Source of the DNA: Candidatus Heimdallarchaeota archaeon | GTDB lineage: Archaea > Asgardarchaeota > Heimdallarchaeia > Heimdallarchaeales > Heimdallarchaeaceae | DNA length: 64,000 bases | Reading direction: 5' to 3' | NCBI GenBank assembly: GCA_019057815.1 | Contig: JAHLWR010000001.1 | Location: 160,001 to 224,000, forward strand | Shown: positions 11,018 to 20,913 of the stretch, one piece after another | How the letters are laid out: every line of letters begins with the position of its first letter | Position numbering within the stretch: the first letter of the stretch is position 1 | Notes under the pieces: model-generated | What the model was told of the DNA's origin: nothing | Seen by the model: only the letters and a program-made list of their open reading frames with translations | The model's database searches: none | Program-made: the position numbers and the translations under genes

Positions 11018-13501
11018 TTAAGCTTTTCTTCTCCTCTTTTTGAATAAGATAGGAACTAATAATAAACAAAGGATTATTAGTAGCGCTATTATTGGTCTGG
11101 GGGTAAATTCTGGAACAAGCGGAGGGTTAACTTCTTCATCTAAAGGGAAAGGATCTACAGAACCTGTAATACCATCAATCGTATAATTTCCTGTTCCTGA
11201 CCAATCTGACCAGTAATTCCCTTCATTAGTGTTTACATCACACCAGATATTATTATTACTGTCATCATACGCTTGTGAAGTTCCTCCTAGATTATTGTCT
11301 ACAAAGTTATTATGGTGAATGATATTATTATCAGAACTGTGACCTATGTATAACCCGTATTCTCCATTTTCTTGAAAATTATTATTAATTATAAGACAAA
11401 AATCAGAAGCAAAATATACTTTGATACCATTATTGCTATTGTTATTACAAGAGTTATTGGTTAGGGTTGAAACATAAGAAGCATGCATAAGGATACCATT
11501 GTCGTTGTTGTTAGTACAGGTGTTATCTGTAAGAGTAGAGGAATAAGACAAAAACAGGCCAATACCATTACCGTTATTGTTAGTACAGGTGTTATCTGTA
11601 AGAGTAGAACCTGAAGAATGATCCAGATGAATACCAACTCTGTTGTTGTTACACATGTTGTTTATAAGCGTAGAATGGGAAGAATATATCAGTTCGATAC
11701 CAACCCCGTTGTTGTTTTCACATGTGTTATTGATAATGGAGGTTTTCTCACAGAAAAGAACGTTCAAACCTGTGGAGGTATTAAACAATTTTTGGTTGCT
11801 TACTATCATTTCTGTACAGTCAATTAAGAACAGTTGACCATAGAGAGAATCTGAAAAAGTAGTTTTATCGAGGTTAGTATAAAAACCTAAGAATTTACCA
11901 TTTACCCAATTGTTCTCAACAGTGTAAGTGAGGTAAGCATCAACGCTTGATTCAGAGATAGATAACCCATCATTATAGAAAGTGTTATTTGCAACCGTTG
12001 AACTCCCAGAAAAACCGAGATAGATACCATTATCGTTGTTGTTAGCACAAGTGTTGTTTGTGAGAGTAGAACTACCAGAATCGTGAAGATAGATGCCATT
12101 ATTGTTGTTAGTACTGGTGTTATTTGTGAGAGTAGAACTAGAAGACTCATACAGCCAGATACCATCACCGTTGTTGTTAGTACAGGTGTTATTAGTAAGA
12201 GTCGAACTATAAGAATAATACAGCCAGATACCATAATCCTTGTTGTTAGTACAGGTGTTATTAGTAAGAGTAGTGTCAGAAGAATACCTCAGATGGATGC
12301 CATTCTCGCTGTTGTTAAAGGTGTTTCTAGTTAGAGTCGAATTAGAAGAGTGCGACAGATAGATACCATCGTTGTTGTTAGTACAGGTGTTATTTGTAAG
12401 AGTAGAACTCTCAGAATAATACAAGTGGATACCATCACCGTTGTTGTTAGCGCAGGTGTTATTAGTTAGAGTAGAGTTAGAAGAATCAGACAGATAGATA
12501 CCAACCCCGTTGTTGTTTTCACAGGTGTTATTGATAATGGAGGTTTTCTCACAGAAAAGAACGTTCAAACCTGTGGAGGTATTAGACAATTTTTGGTTAC
12601 TTACTATCATTTCTGTACAGTTAATTAAGAACAGTTGACCATAGAGAGAATCTGAAAAAGTAGTTTTTTCGAGGTTAGTGTAAAAGCCTAATTTTTTCTC
12701 ATTTACCCAATTGTTCTCAACAGTGTAAGTGAGATAATGTTCAATACTTGATTCAGAGATAGATAACCCATCATTATAGAAATTATTATTAGTAAGAGTC
12801 GAACTATAAGAATAATACAGACTGATACCATAATCCTTGTTGTTAGTACAGGTGTTATTAGTAAGAGTAGAACCACCAGACCAAGATAAGTGGATACCAT
12901 CACCATTGTTGTTAGTACAGGTGTTATTTGTTAGGGTAGAACCAGAAGAGTTAAGCCTGATACCATAATTTTCATTATTGTTACATGTGTTATTTGTGAG
13001 AGTAGCGCCAGAAGAATAATACAGACTGATACCATAATTTTCATTATTGTTACATGTGTTATTTGTGAGAGTAGAACCACCAGACCAAGACAAGTGGATA
13101 CCATCACCATTATTGTTTTCACATTTACTATTAATAATCCTTGTTGTTCCGTCTGCAACATTTTCAATTTGAATACCACAGTCAACTGCATCCACATAAC
13201 AGTTGCTAACAATGAAATATTTAGTTGTGTCAGTGATATAAATGCCAAAATCTTCTGTTGTTGTAATATTGTATCCTTCAATAATATAGGGATCTTCAGC
13301 TGTTCCTGTTCCTAGAAAAGCGCTAAATCCACTATCATCCGTGATGCTTATTGCACTGTGTGGTGTAAGAGCTGAAACGAATAGTGGAGTATTCTTAGAG
13401 TTTTTTTGATCATAATTAGTTAAAAGAAAAGAAATTAAGAGTATAATTATCAATACTAGTGTTCTTGATAATCTAATTTCATTGTTTTTTATTGTTTTCA
13501 T
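11018..13501 (-). CDS. NosD/CASH parallel beta-helix surface protein with PEF-CTERM-like sorting signal
   Basis: Signal peptide, GTAEDPYIIEG cap, many STLTNNTCxNNxxxGIxL repeats, GNYWSD cap, VPEF + TM + KKRRRK. Confidence 0.9.
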   Translation of the reverse strand: MKTIKNNEIRLSRTLVLIIILLISFLLTNYDQKNSKNTPLFVSALTPHSAISITDDSGFSAFLGTGTAEDPYIIEGYNITTTEDFGIYITDTTKYFIVSNCYVDAVDCGIQIENVADGTTRIINSKCENNNGDGIHLSWSGGSTLTNNTCNNNENYGISLYYSSGATLTNNTCNNNENYGIRLNSSGSTLTNNTCTNNNGDGIHLSWSGGSTLTNNTCTNNKDYGISLYYSYSSTLTNNNFYNDGLSISESSIEHYLTYTVENNWVNEKKLGFYTNLEKTTFSDSLYGQLFLINCTEMIVSNQKLSNTSTGLNVLFCEKTSIINNTCENNNGVGIYLSDSSNSTLTNNTCANNNGDGIHLYYSESSTLTNNTCTNNNDGIYLSHSSNSTLTRNTFNNSENGIHLRYSSDTTLTNNTCTNNKDYGIWLYYSYSSTLTNNTCTNNNGDGIWLYESSSSTLTNNTSTNNNNGIYLHDSGSSTLTNNTCANNNDNGIYLGFSGSSTVANNTFYNDGLSISESSVDAYLTYTVENNWVNGKFLGFYTNLDKTTFSDSLYGQLFLIDCTEMIVSNQKLFNTSTGLNVLFCEKTSIINNTCENNNGVGIELIYSSHSTLINNMCNNNRVGIHLDHSSGSTLTDNTCTNNNGNGIGLFLSYSSTLTDNTCTNNNDNGILMHASYVSTLTNNSCNNNSNNGIKVYFASDFCLIINNNFQENGEYGLYIGHSSDNNIIHHNNFVDNNLGGTSQAYDDSNNNIWCDVNTNEGNYWSDWSGTGNYTIDGITGSVDPFPLDEEVNPPLVPEFTPRPIIALLIILCLLLVPILFKKRRRKA
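11696..12782. repeat. about 285-bp near-identical intragenic duplication (11696-11981 and 12497-12782)
   Basis: Both copies encode YNDGLSISESS...YLTYTVENNWVN..LGFYTNL.KTTFSDSLYGQLFLI.CTEMIVSNQKL..TSTGLNVLFCEKTSIINNTCENNNGVGI; offset 801 bp. Confidence 0.92.
12957..13074. repeat. identical 49-bp direct repeat at 69-bp period (beta-helix rung duplication)
   Basis: ctgataccataattttcattattgttacatgtgttatttgtgagagtag at 12957-13005 and 13026-13074. Confidence 0.9.
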
Positions 13502-13614
13502 AATTCACCATCAAACCAGAATCAAAGTAATTTAACTTGAAACAATTTATAACATTTATGCCTATTTTTGTTCTTGTGTATTCTTTATTTTCAGATATCG
13601 CAATACTGTTAAAT

Positions 13615-13881
13615 TTAAACGCTAGTTGGTATAGTTTCTGATCTGAAGTACTTTTCTTTGTTAATAATTATTTCATTAAGATCGGATAAAATAACTTTTT
13701 TTCCATTTTCATCTAAAAGCACAGCTCTATATTTCCATAGTTTACCAGGAATATCAGATTCATTTACACAATGAGCTAAAAAGTATTCCAAATCGTCTCT
13801 GGTAGAGATTTTATAATTGGCTAAACCGACAATTTTATTCTTAATTTTATGTTCAATCTCGAAAATTAATTCCCATGACAT
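13615..13881 (-). CDS. hypothetical protein
   Basis: 88 aa; starts 2 nt after the upstream stop, with a G-rich RBS-like sequence. Confidence 0.55.
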   Translation of the reverse strand: MSWELIFEIEHKIKNKIVGLANYKISTRDDLEYFLAHCVNESDIPGKLWKYRAVLLDENGKKVILSDLNEIIINKEKYFRSETIPTSV

Positions 13882-13883
13882 AG

Positions 13884-14285
13884 TTAGTTAATACCCCCTA
13901 AAATTGTTAATCCATCCTTATCCTTATTCTCTTCAAATCTAATGTCCTCACGTAGTTCTATCTCTTGGAAATTCCTGTAGTGGAAAGATTCCAATCTTTC
14001 AGTGGAAAAAACCCTATAAGAATTAATATTGCAGTAAAGCAAATCAACTATTTTTGGAAGAATGTTCTTGGTAATTACAGGAATAAGGATAGTGATAATG
14101 AAAGAGTAGAGAAAGATTAAGAGAGTTAAGAAAACGATGAAGATTCTAAAAACAAGGGTATAAGAAGAATCAGTAAAGGAAAGAACGGAAGCAATAATAG
14201 AAAGAATAGTGAAAAAGGTAAAAAGAACCTTTTCTAGAAAACTAAAAGTTCTTGAAGATTGACGTTCTAAGAGTTCTTCCATCAT
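13884..14285 (-). CDS. hypothetical 2-TM membrane protein
   Basis: Two hydrophobic helices followed by a soluble tail; apparently coupled to the 88-aa ORF. Confidence 0.55.
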   Translation of the reverse strand: MMEELLERQSSRTFSFLEKVLFTFFTILSIIASVLSFTDSSYTLVFRIFIVFLTLLIFLYSFIITILIPVITKNILPKIVDLLYCNINSYRVFSTERLESFHYRNFQEIELREDIRFEENKDKDGLTILGGIN

Positions 14286-14475
14286 AAGAGATTCTAACCC
14301 TTGAGTAATTTTTTTTAGATTTTTTGAAGATAGGAAGATATCAGAACGGAAGGGTTTAACCTATTATTCTCAAATTGGTTTATAAACGCGAAAAAGATTC
14401 TAGTTAGGATTATTATCAGAAGAATCCGTTGCACAAGATATATATTCGATAAAGAGTTTAATTAATTGTGTTTTA

Positions 14476-15711
14476 ATGAAAAAGAAAACAACATTATTGT
14501 TATTTCTACTAATATTGTCAATCTACGCATCGAACATCAATGTACAAATAACTGCTGAAGAGAATAATTTTAGACCTACTTCGTTAGAGTTGACACCTCA
14601 TGATCCTATTTCTATTACTTCTAACAGTGGTTTCGAAGTGTTTCCTGGATCTGGAACGGAAGAAGATCCTTATCTTATTGAAGGTTACAACATTACAACA
14701 ACAAATTATCGTAGTATTCATATTATTGATACAACGAAATATTTTACTATTCGTAACTGCTATGTTGACGCAACATGGTATGGAATTAATATCTATAATG
14801 TAGCTGAAGGAACATGCTCAATTATAAATAATACTTGTATTAATAATTGCGAGAATGGTTTCTTAATACATTATTCTCCTGGTTCTACTCTTATTAATAA
14901 CACCTGCAATAACCATAGTGAGAATGGTATTTATCTGTATTCTTCTGATGGTTCTACTCTAATCAATAACATTTTCAAAAACAATAACTGGGATGCTATC
15001 GCGCTTTCCTCTTCTGATTTTTGTGTCGTTACTTACAATCTTCTACAATCAAATGAAGAACATGGAGTATACTTAAGATTAGGTTCTGATAATAATCTTA
15101 TTCACCATAATACCTTTGTAGACAATAACCTAGGGGGAACTTCTCAAGCATGTGATGATTGTACTAACAACCTTTGGTATGACTCTGCAACACTTGAAGG
15201 TAACTATTGGTCAGATTGGTCAGGGATAGGTTCTTATTCTATTGATGGTGAAGCTGATTCTTTTGATCTTTATCCTCTCGATGAACCTACTGTATATCTT
15301 AGCCCTCCTGTTATTACTAATGTTATTCATTATCCCTCTACTCCTACAGAACTAGATACTATTAGTATTAATGCTACAGTCACTGATGATTCAGGTATTT
15401 ATAGTGTTACACTCCATTACAGGATTAATGATGGATTATGGCAGACAATCAGCATGACACTTGTGAGTGGTGATCTTTATTTTGTAACTATCGGTTTTTT
15501 TGCAGTTGGTGACACCATCGAATATTACTTTAGTGCTATAGATAATTCTGTTAACCACAATTTAGCCTTCAATGACAACTCTGGTTTCTATTACTCATTT
15601 ACTATTTCTGAGGTTGTACCAGAATTTCAAACGCTCTCTCCTCTTCTCCCCACGTTAACTTTTCTATTCTTGGTCTTTGGTTTAGTGGTGCTACAACGAA
15701 GAAAGAAATAG
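14476..15711 (+). CDS. short NosD/CASH beta-helix protein with Ig-like domain and PEF-CTERM-like signal
   Basis: Signal peptide, GSGTEEDPYLIEG cap, GNYWSDW cap, PPVITNV...INATVTDDSGI Ig-like module, VPEF + TM + RRKK. Confidence 0.88.
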   Translation: MKKKTTLLLFLLILSIYASNINVQITAEENNFRPTSLELTPHDPISITSNSGFEVFPGSGTEEDPYLIEGYNITTTNYRSIHIIDTTKYFTIRNCYVDATWYGINIYNVAEGTCSIINNTCINNCENGFLIHYSPGSTLINNTCNNHSENGIYLYSSDGSTLINNIFKNNNWDAIALSSSDFCVVTYNLLQSNEEHGVYLRLGSDNNLIHHNTFVDNNLGGTSQACDDCTNNLWYDSATLEGNYWSDWSGIGSYSIDGEADSFDLYPLDEPTVYLSPPVITNVIHYPSTPTELDTISINATVTDDSGIYSVTLHYRINDGLWQTISMTLVSGDLYFVTIGFFAVGDTIEYYFSAIDNSVNHNLAFNDNSGFYYSFTISEVVPEFQTLSPLLPTLTFLFLVFGLVVLQRRKK

Positions 15712-15823
15712 CTTTTTTTCCTTCCCTTTGTTCTTTCTTTCTTTTTTTTCAATAATATTCCCCATTCTACACCATTTCTTTAAGCAGAAGAGTTTCTATC
15801 TTTGTTATTTATCTATAGTTGGA

Positions 15824-16918
15824 TTAATTATCTATTTCCTCTGGAAGACATTCATTATCCTGAAGATACTCAAAAACTAACCTATCGATTAAAGCTAAAT
15901 ATGTATAACTTTCGCTCCCAACTGCACGAACAATCATCATAATCGTCATGATCTCTGATATCTTTTGCATAAATTCTTTGGCAAATGAAAGAAAAATATG
16001 TGGTGTATTTAGTATTTTTTCAAATTCCTCTTTTCCTTTACTGATTTCTTTGTCGATTTCAGGAAAATCTGGGAATTTTTGTTTAAAGTCTTCTATAGAT
16101 AGTAATGGTTCTCTATGAGCAACTCTATTTCGAACAATTTTAAAAGTTTCAAAAGCTTCTTTTCTCTTTTTCCAGTGTGGAATAGAATTGATTCTTTGAT
16201 TAACAATGTTGAGTAGTGTTTTTTCCTTTTTGTTATTTGAAAGACTAAGAATGACTAAAATTGATTCTACAGATTTTATTGGATTTCTCGCTTCTCTTAA
16301 CTGATCATAGATATCAAAAAGATCCTCTGGGTTACTACAGCATATTAGAGTTTGAAATAGAGACATACAATAAACATCCATATATGTATATAAAGAAAGA
16401 ACAAAACAGGCTATGAGACGAGATAAAACATTTAATTTTAACTTATCAGTATTTTCATTATTGGTTTCCTTTTTTGTACTGCTATTATCGTCAATTTTAG
16501 GTTTTGTTATATTATTGTTATCTTTTATATTAACTGATGATAGTTCTTGATATAAATCAACTACTTCTTTGCTGTTTGAATTTATTGTTTTAATTCTATT
16601 TTTTATATCAGTAAAAATCTTCTTAGCCTTATCTGTTTGTTCAGGGGTAAGTGTTTCCAATGTTAATATCTTTTTCTCTTCAGATTCCAAATACTCGATA
16701 GAAACAATTTTTTCCTGCATAGCTTGAACATCTTCCATCAAAGCAGACATTGAAGCTTGAAAAAGTTCAACAAATAATATATTAGAATTTTCCTCAAAAA
16801 CAATTCCATCTTCTGTACAAAAAATATAATTATCTCCCCCGCTCTCTTTCAATACAACATCAATATCATCCATAATAATTTTACATCGTTTTTTCCACAA
16901 TTCTGCGAATGAAGTCAC
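15824..16918 (-). CDS. putative HEPN-domain protein
   Basis: All-helical protein with RNRVAH (Rx4H) at 16115-16132 and an upstream hydrophobic helix FVLSLYTYMDVY. Confidence 0.6.
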   Translation of the reverse strand: MTSFAELWKKRCKIIMDDIDVVLKESGGDNYIFCTEDGIVFEENSNILFVELFQASMSALMEDVQAMQEKIVSIEYLESEEKKILTLETLTPEQTDKAKKIFTDIKNRIKTINSNSKEVVDLYQELSSVNIKDNNNITKPKIDDNSSTKKETNNENTDKLKLNVLSRLIACFVLSLYTYMDVYCMSLFQTLICCSNPEDLFDIYDQLREARNPIKSVESILVILSLSNNKKEKTLLNIVNQRINSIPHWKKRKEAFETFKIVRNRVAHREPLLSIEDFKQKFPDFPEIDKEISKGKEEFEKILNTPHIFLSFAKEFMQKISEIMTIMMIVRAVGSESYTYLALIDRLVFEYLQDNECLPEEIDN

Positions 16919-17090
16919 AAATATACAAGGATAATGATTATCAAAAAGGTTGTGTTCAATAAATCATCTAAGAATATTCTTTCCATCTTTAAATATGAGA
17001 CAATAGATATATAAATTGATAAAAATACTACACTTGCCTATCTTCTTATCAAACCCATCCGTCAAAGTGTAAGAATAACAAGGTGAAAAA

Positions 17091-18659
17091 ATGAAGAAAA
17101 TTTCAAACTATTCAATAAGAACAACAATAGGATTAATAGTAACAGCAGTGTTGATACTGAATCTTGGTCAAGGAATAACTAAAGGAATACAAACAATAGA
17201 AAAAAGTGAAAAGGATCTGTTACTGTCCTCATTAATCCCACATGACTTTATAACTATTATTTCTGATAGTGGTTTTTTGGCTTATCTCGGTTCAGGAACT
17301 GTTGAGGACCCTTATGTTATTGAAGGATTTAATATTACAACAACTTATGACACTGGTATTTATATTAGTGATACAACGAAATATTTCATTATTCGTAACT
17401 GTTATGTTGACGCAGAAGGTTATGGCATTTATATCAGTAGTGTAGCAGATGGAACAGCAACTATTGCTAACAACACTTGCAACAATAACCTCTATATAGG
17501 CATCACGCTTGGAGGTTCTGGTAGTTCTACAGTTATCAATAACACTTGCAGAAATAACAACTATGGCATCTATCTTTCGAATTCTGATAGTTCTACAGTT
17601 ATCAATAACACTTGTAGCAACAATAATGAATATGGCATCTATCTTGACTATTCTGGTTCTTCTACGGTTGTAAACAACACTTGCAACAATATCGACTTTA
17701 GTATCTATCTTAGGTATTCTAGTAGTTCTACTGTAGCTAACAACACTTGTAGCAACAATAACGTCTATGGCATCTTTCTTAGGTATTCTGATGATTCTAC
17801 TGTTGCTAACAACATGTGCAACAACAACAACTACATAGGTATCTTTCTTGAGGATTCTGGTTCTTCTACTGTTGTTAACAACACTTGTAGCAATAACAAC
17901 TATGGCATCTTTCTTAGTGGTTCTGATAGTTTGACTGTTGTAGACAACACTTTTACTAACTGTGGTTTATATACAATCGGAGGATCCATTGATACTTACC
18001 TATCACATACTGTCGAGAACAATTGGGTGAACGGAAAAAAATTAGGTTACTACACTAATCTTGAATCTACGATAATTGGTGAACCAGTTTATGGGCAATT
18101 AATATTAGTCAATTGTACTAATGTTACAGTACGTGACCAAATATTGAATAAGGCTTCAGTTGGTCTATCTCTCCACTACTGCACATATTCAATTATCAAT
18201 AATAACACTTGCAGCAATAACTACTACAGAGGTATCTATCTTGGCACTTCTACTTTTTTTGTCGTTACTTATAATCTTCTACAAGAAAATGGAGGTTATG
18301 GAATATATTTAGTCTTTTCTGATAATAATCTTATTCATCATAATAACTTTGTAGACAATAATCTAGGAGAAACTTCACAAGCGTATGATAGTGAACCAAC
18401 TAATACTTGGTATGATACTGAAACACTTGAAGGTAACTATTGGTCAGACTGGTCAGGAACAGGTAATTATACAATTGATGGCTCTGCAGATTCAATCGAT
18501 TTATACCCATTCGATGAACCTGTTGGATCTACTACAACTGAACACACTTCAGTTGAATCTACTACAGATGAAAATCCATTAAGTTTTACATTTACTCTCC
18601 TAATGGTAGTAGTTACCTTAATGCTTACAAGAATAATCTCAAAAAAAGCAAAGAAATAA
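17091..18659 (+). CDS. NosD/CASH beta-helix surface protein with C-terminal TM anchor
   Basis: GGTGA RBS, signal peptide, SSTVxNNTCxNN repeats, GNYWSDW, Thr-rich linker, TM + basic tail. Confidence 0.9.
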   Translation: MKKISNYSIRTTIGLIVTAVLILNLGQGITKGIQTIEKSEKDLLLSSLIPHDFITIISDSGFLAYLGSGTVEDPYVIEGFNITTTYDTGIYISDTTKYFIIRNCYVDAEGYGIYISSVADGTATIANNTCNNNLYIGITLGGSGSSTVINNTCRNNNYGIYLSNSDSSTVINNTCSNNNEYGIYLDYSGSSTVVNNTCNNIDFSIYLRYSSSSTVANNTCSNNNVYGIFLRYSDDSTVANNMCNNNNYIGIFLEDSGSSTVVNNTCSNNNYGIFLSGSDSLTVVDNTFTNCGLYTIGGSIDTYLSHTVENNWVNGKKLGYYTNLESTIIGEPVYGQLILVNCTNVTVRDQILNKASVGLSLHYCTYSIINNNTCSNNYYRGIYLGTSTFFVVTYNLLQENGGYGIYLVFSDNNLIHHNNFVDNNLGETSQAYDSEPTNTWYDTETLEGNYWSDWSGTGNYTIDGSADSIDLYPFDEPVGSTTTEHTSVESTTDENPLSFTFTLLMVVVTLMLTRIISKKAKK

Positions 18660-18876
18660 TATAACAGTTGCCAGAAACAGCATGGAAACGAAGTAATAAC
18701 AGGAACAAAACCTTCAACACTTCCTTTTTTTGATTTTTTAAAGATAGAGAGATATTGGTCGTGTTAGGATACCCTATAATCTTTTGGGGACAAAATTGTT
18801 GTAGCATTGTTTTAACACTAATCTATTTGGAATGGAAAAGAGGGGGAAAAAGAAGAAAAAAAACTTTCATTTATAA

Positions 18877-20766
18877 TTATAGTTTTGTTGTTTTCTTCCT
18901 CATTCTAACGCTACTCCTTAATGAAACTATACAAGCGAGGATAATAACACTCACGATAAATACTGAGGATAAAGGAGTTGAAGCAGTAGGGATGTCAGTT
19001 AGAGGATGACGATCGGTAGAGTTAGCTATTCCATCAATCAGGTAATCTCCTTTTTCATAGTCTGACCAGTAGTTGCCTTTGCGTTTAAGATACCAGCTAT
19101 TGTCCACTCCGGCATCATAAGCTTGACTAGTACCTTCAGGGTTGTTGTTGATGAAAGCATTGTGGTGAATAAGATTATTAGAGGATGCAGCGTAGAGGTA
19201 GACTCCATATTGCTCATTTTCTTCAAAGAGATTATAAGTGAGAATATTAGAGTCAGAATCCCTCAGAAGAATTCCGTAGTTGTTATTTTTGTAAGAGTTG
19301 TTAGTAAGTGTGGTAGAAAGAGTATGGTCTAGATAAGTCCCCCAGACATTTTCAGCAAAGAGAGAGTTTTCGACTCTGCAAGATTCACTATAAGCTAAGA
19401 ATATCCCAGTAGTAACATCAGTGAAGTTTTGATTACTCACAGTTATATTCTTACACTTAATAAAAAAGAGCTGACCATAGACTGAGGCGTTAAACGAACG
19501 ATCATTAAGTTCAGTAAAGTAACCTACAAGGCGATCATTGACCCAGTTACTGTCTTTAGTAAATCTTTGAGAAAGATAACCTTGCCATGAATTATCCCAG
19601 ACAGCTATCCCTCCTTTGATCAAGGTATTATTGGTAAGGGTTGTAGACCCACTGTTATAAATAACAATACTTCGATTGTTATTATAAAAACTATTATTAA
19701 CAACGGGGATAACACCCGAATTATCCAAAACAAGTCCTTGGTCATTATCGTTACATGTGTTGTTAGTTACAGTTGAATAACTTGATTGTAGTAGATAGAT
19801 TCCCTTATTGTTTTTATAACAGCGATTGTTGGATAAAATTGAATGATCAGCGTCTTCTAACCATATTCCTAAGTTATTATTAGCACAATAGTTATTTCTG
19901 AGTATAACATTCCCCGGTTGAGTAAGAGCGGGATTCTGTGAATCATATACAATGAGAATGGCACGTTCGTTAAAATTGCAAGTGTTATCAGTTAAAAGAA
20001 CTGAACGTGAATATATCACCTTAATACCGTCTTTATTGTTTGTACATGTGTTATTATTTATTGTTGAAAAGGGAGAATAACGCAATAGTACACTATAAGT
20101 GTTCTTATAGCAAGTATTGTTAGTTATTGTCAAAAAGGGAGATTCACTGGTGTATATCCCATACTCACTTTTAGTTATCTCATTATCTGAAATAACTGAA
20201 GAATCAGAATAAGTCAATTTAATACCTTCAGATTTATTATCAATACACTTATTATTAGAGATTAATGTAAAGGGGGATCTGTCTACCAATATACCCATTT
20301 CATTGTTCAAACAAGTATTATTGGAAATTATAGAAAAACTTGTACGCGATAGCACGATTCCCATTGGGGTGTTGATACAAGTGTTATTGACAATACTAGC
20401 AGTTCCATCAGCAACACTACTAATAGTTATCCCGTTATTTCCAGCCTCAACGTGACAATTACGGATGATGAAAAATTTAGTTGTAAAGGAAATACCTATT
20501 CCTAGATTCTGGACAGTTGTAATATTTAATCCTTCAATAATATAGGGGTTATCAGCTGTTCCATTTCCCTGGAAACCATAAGTTACAAAATCTTCATCAG
20601 AATTAATAGAGATAGGAGAGTGTGGAATTAAAGAATACCTCCCAACCGATGTTTCACTCTGTTCTATATCTGAACTTACAAAGAAGACTATATTTGTAAC
20701 TATAAGCATTGATAAAATGACTAATGTTCCTATTTTCTTGACTATTTTCTCCTTTTTTCTGTTCAT
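18877..20766 (-). CDS. NosD/CASH beta-helix surface protein with C-terminal TM anchor
   Basis: GNGTADNPYIIEG cap, NNTC repeats, GNYWSD, TM + basic tail. Confidence 0.9.
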   Translation of the reverse strand: MNRKKEKIVKKIGTLVILSMLIVTNIVFFVSSDIEQSETSVGRYSLIPHSPISINSDEDFVTYGFQGNGTADNPYIIEGLNITTVQNLGIGISFTTKFFIIRNCHVEAGNNGITISSVADGTASIVNNTCINTPMGIVLSRTSFSIISNNTCLNNEMGILVDRSPFTLISNNKCIDNKSEGIKLTYSDSSVISDNEITKSEYGIYTSESPFLTITNNTCYKNTYSVLLRYSPFSTINNNTCTNNKDGIKVIYSRSVLLTDNTCNFNERAILIVYDSQNPALTQPGNVILRNNYCANNNLGIWLEDADHSILSNNRCYKNNKGIYLLQSSYSTVTNNTCNDNDQGLVLDNSGVIPVVNNSFYNNNRSIVIYNSGSTTLTNNTLIKGGIAVWDNSWQGYLSQRFTKDSNWVNDRLVGYFTELNDRSFNASVYGQLFFIKCKNITVSNQNFTDVTTGIFLAYSESCRVENSLFAENVWGTYLDHTLSTTLTNNSYKNNNYGILLRDSDSNILTYNLFEENEQYGVYLYAASSNNLIHHNAFINNNPEGTSQAYDAGVDNSWYLKRKGNYWSDYEKGDYLIDGIANSTDRHPLTDIPTASTPLSSVFIVSVIILACIVSLRSSVRMRKKTTKL

Positions 20767-20913
20767 TTGAATTCCTCACAGTTTTCGATTAAACTTTGAT
20801 GCAAAAATTCTATTCTTGCGACCCAACTTCTATCTATTTGATAATTGCATGGACATTTTTTAGTTTTATTGTGTGAAACAGATTTTATTTCATCTGAACC
20901 CAAAGTCATTTTT

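Noticed and set aside
11400-13150. AAC-rich repeats as a CRISPR array or a DGR template/variable repeat pair
   Set aside because: The repeats are in-frame beta-helix rungs inside a CDS; there are no unique spacers, the differences are not adenine-specific, and no cas or reverse transcriptase gene is in the window
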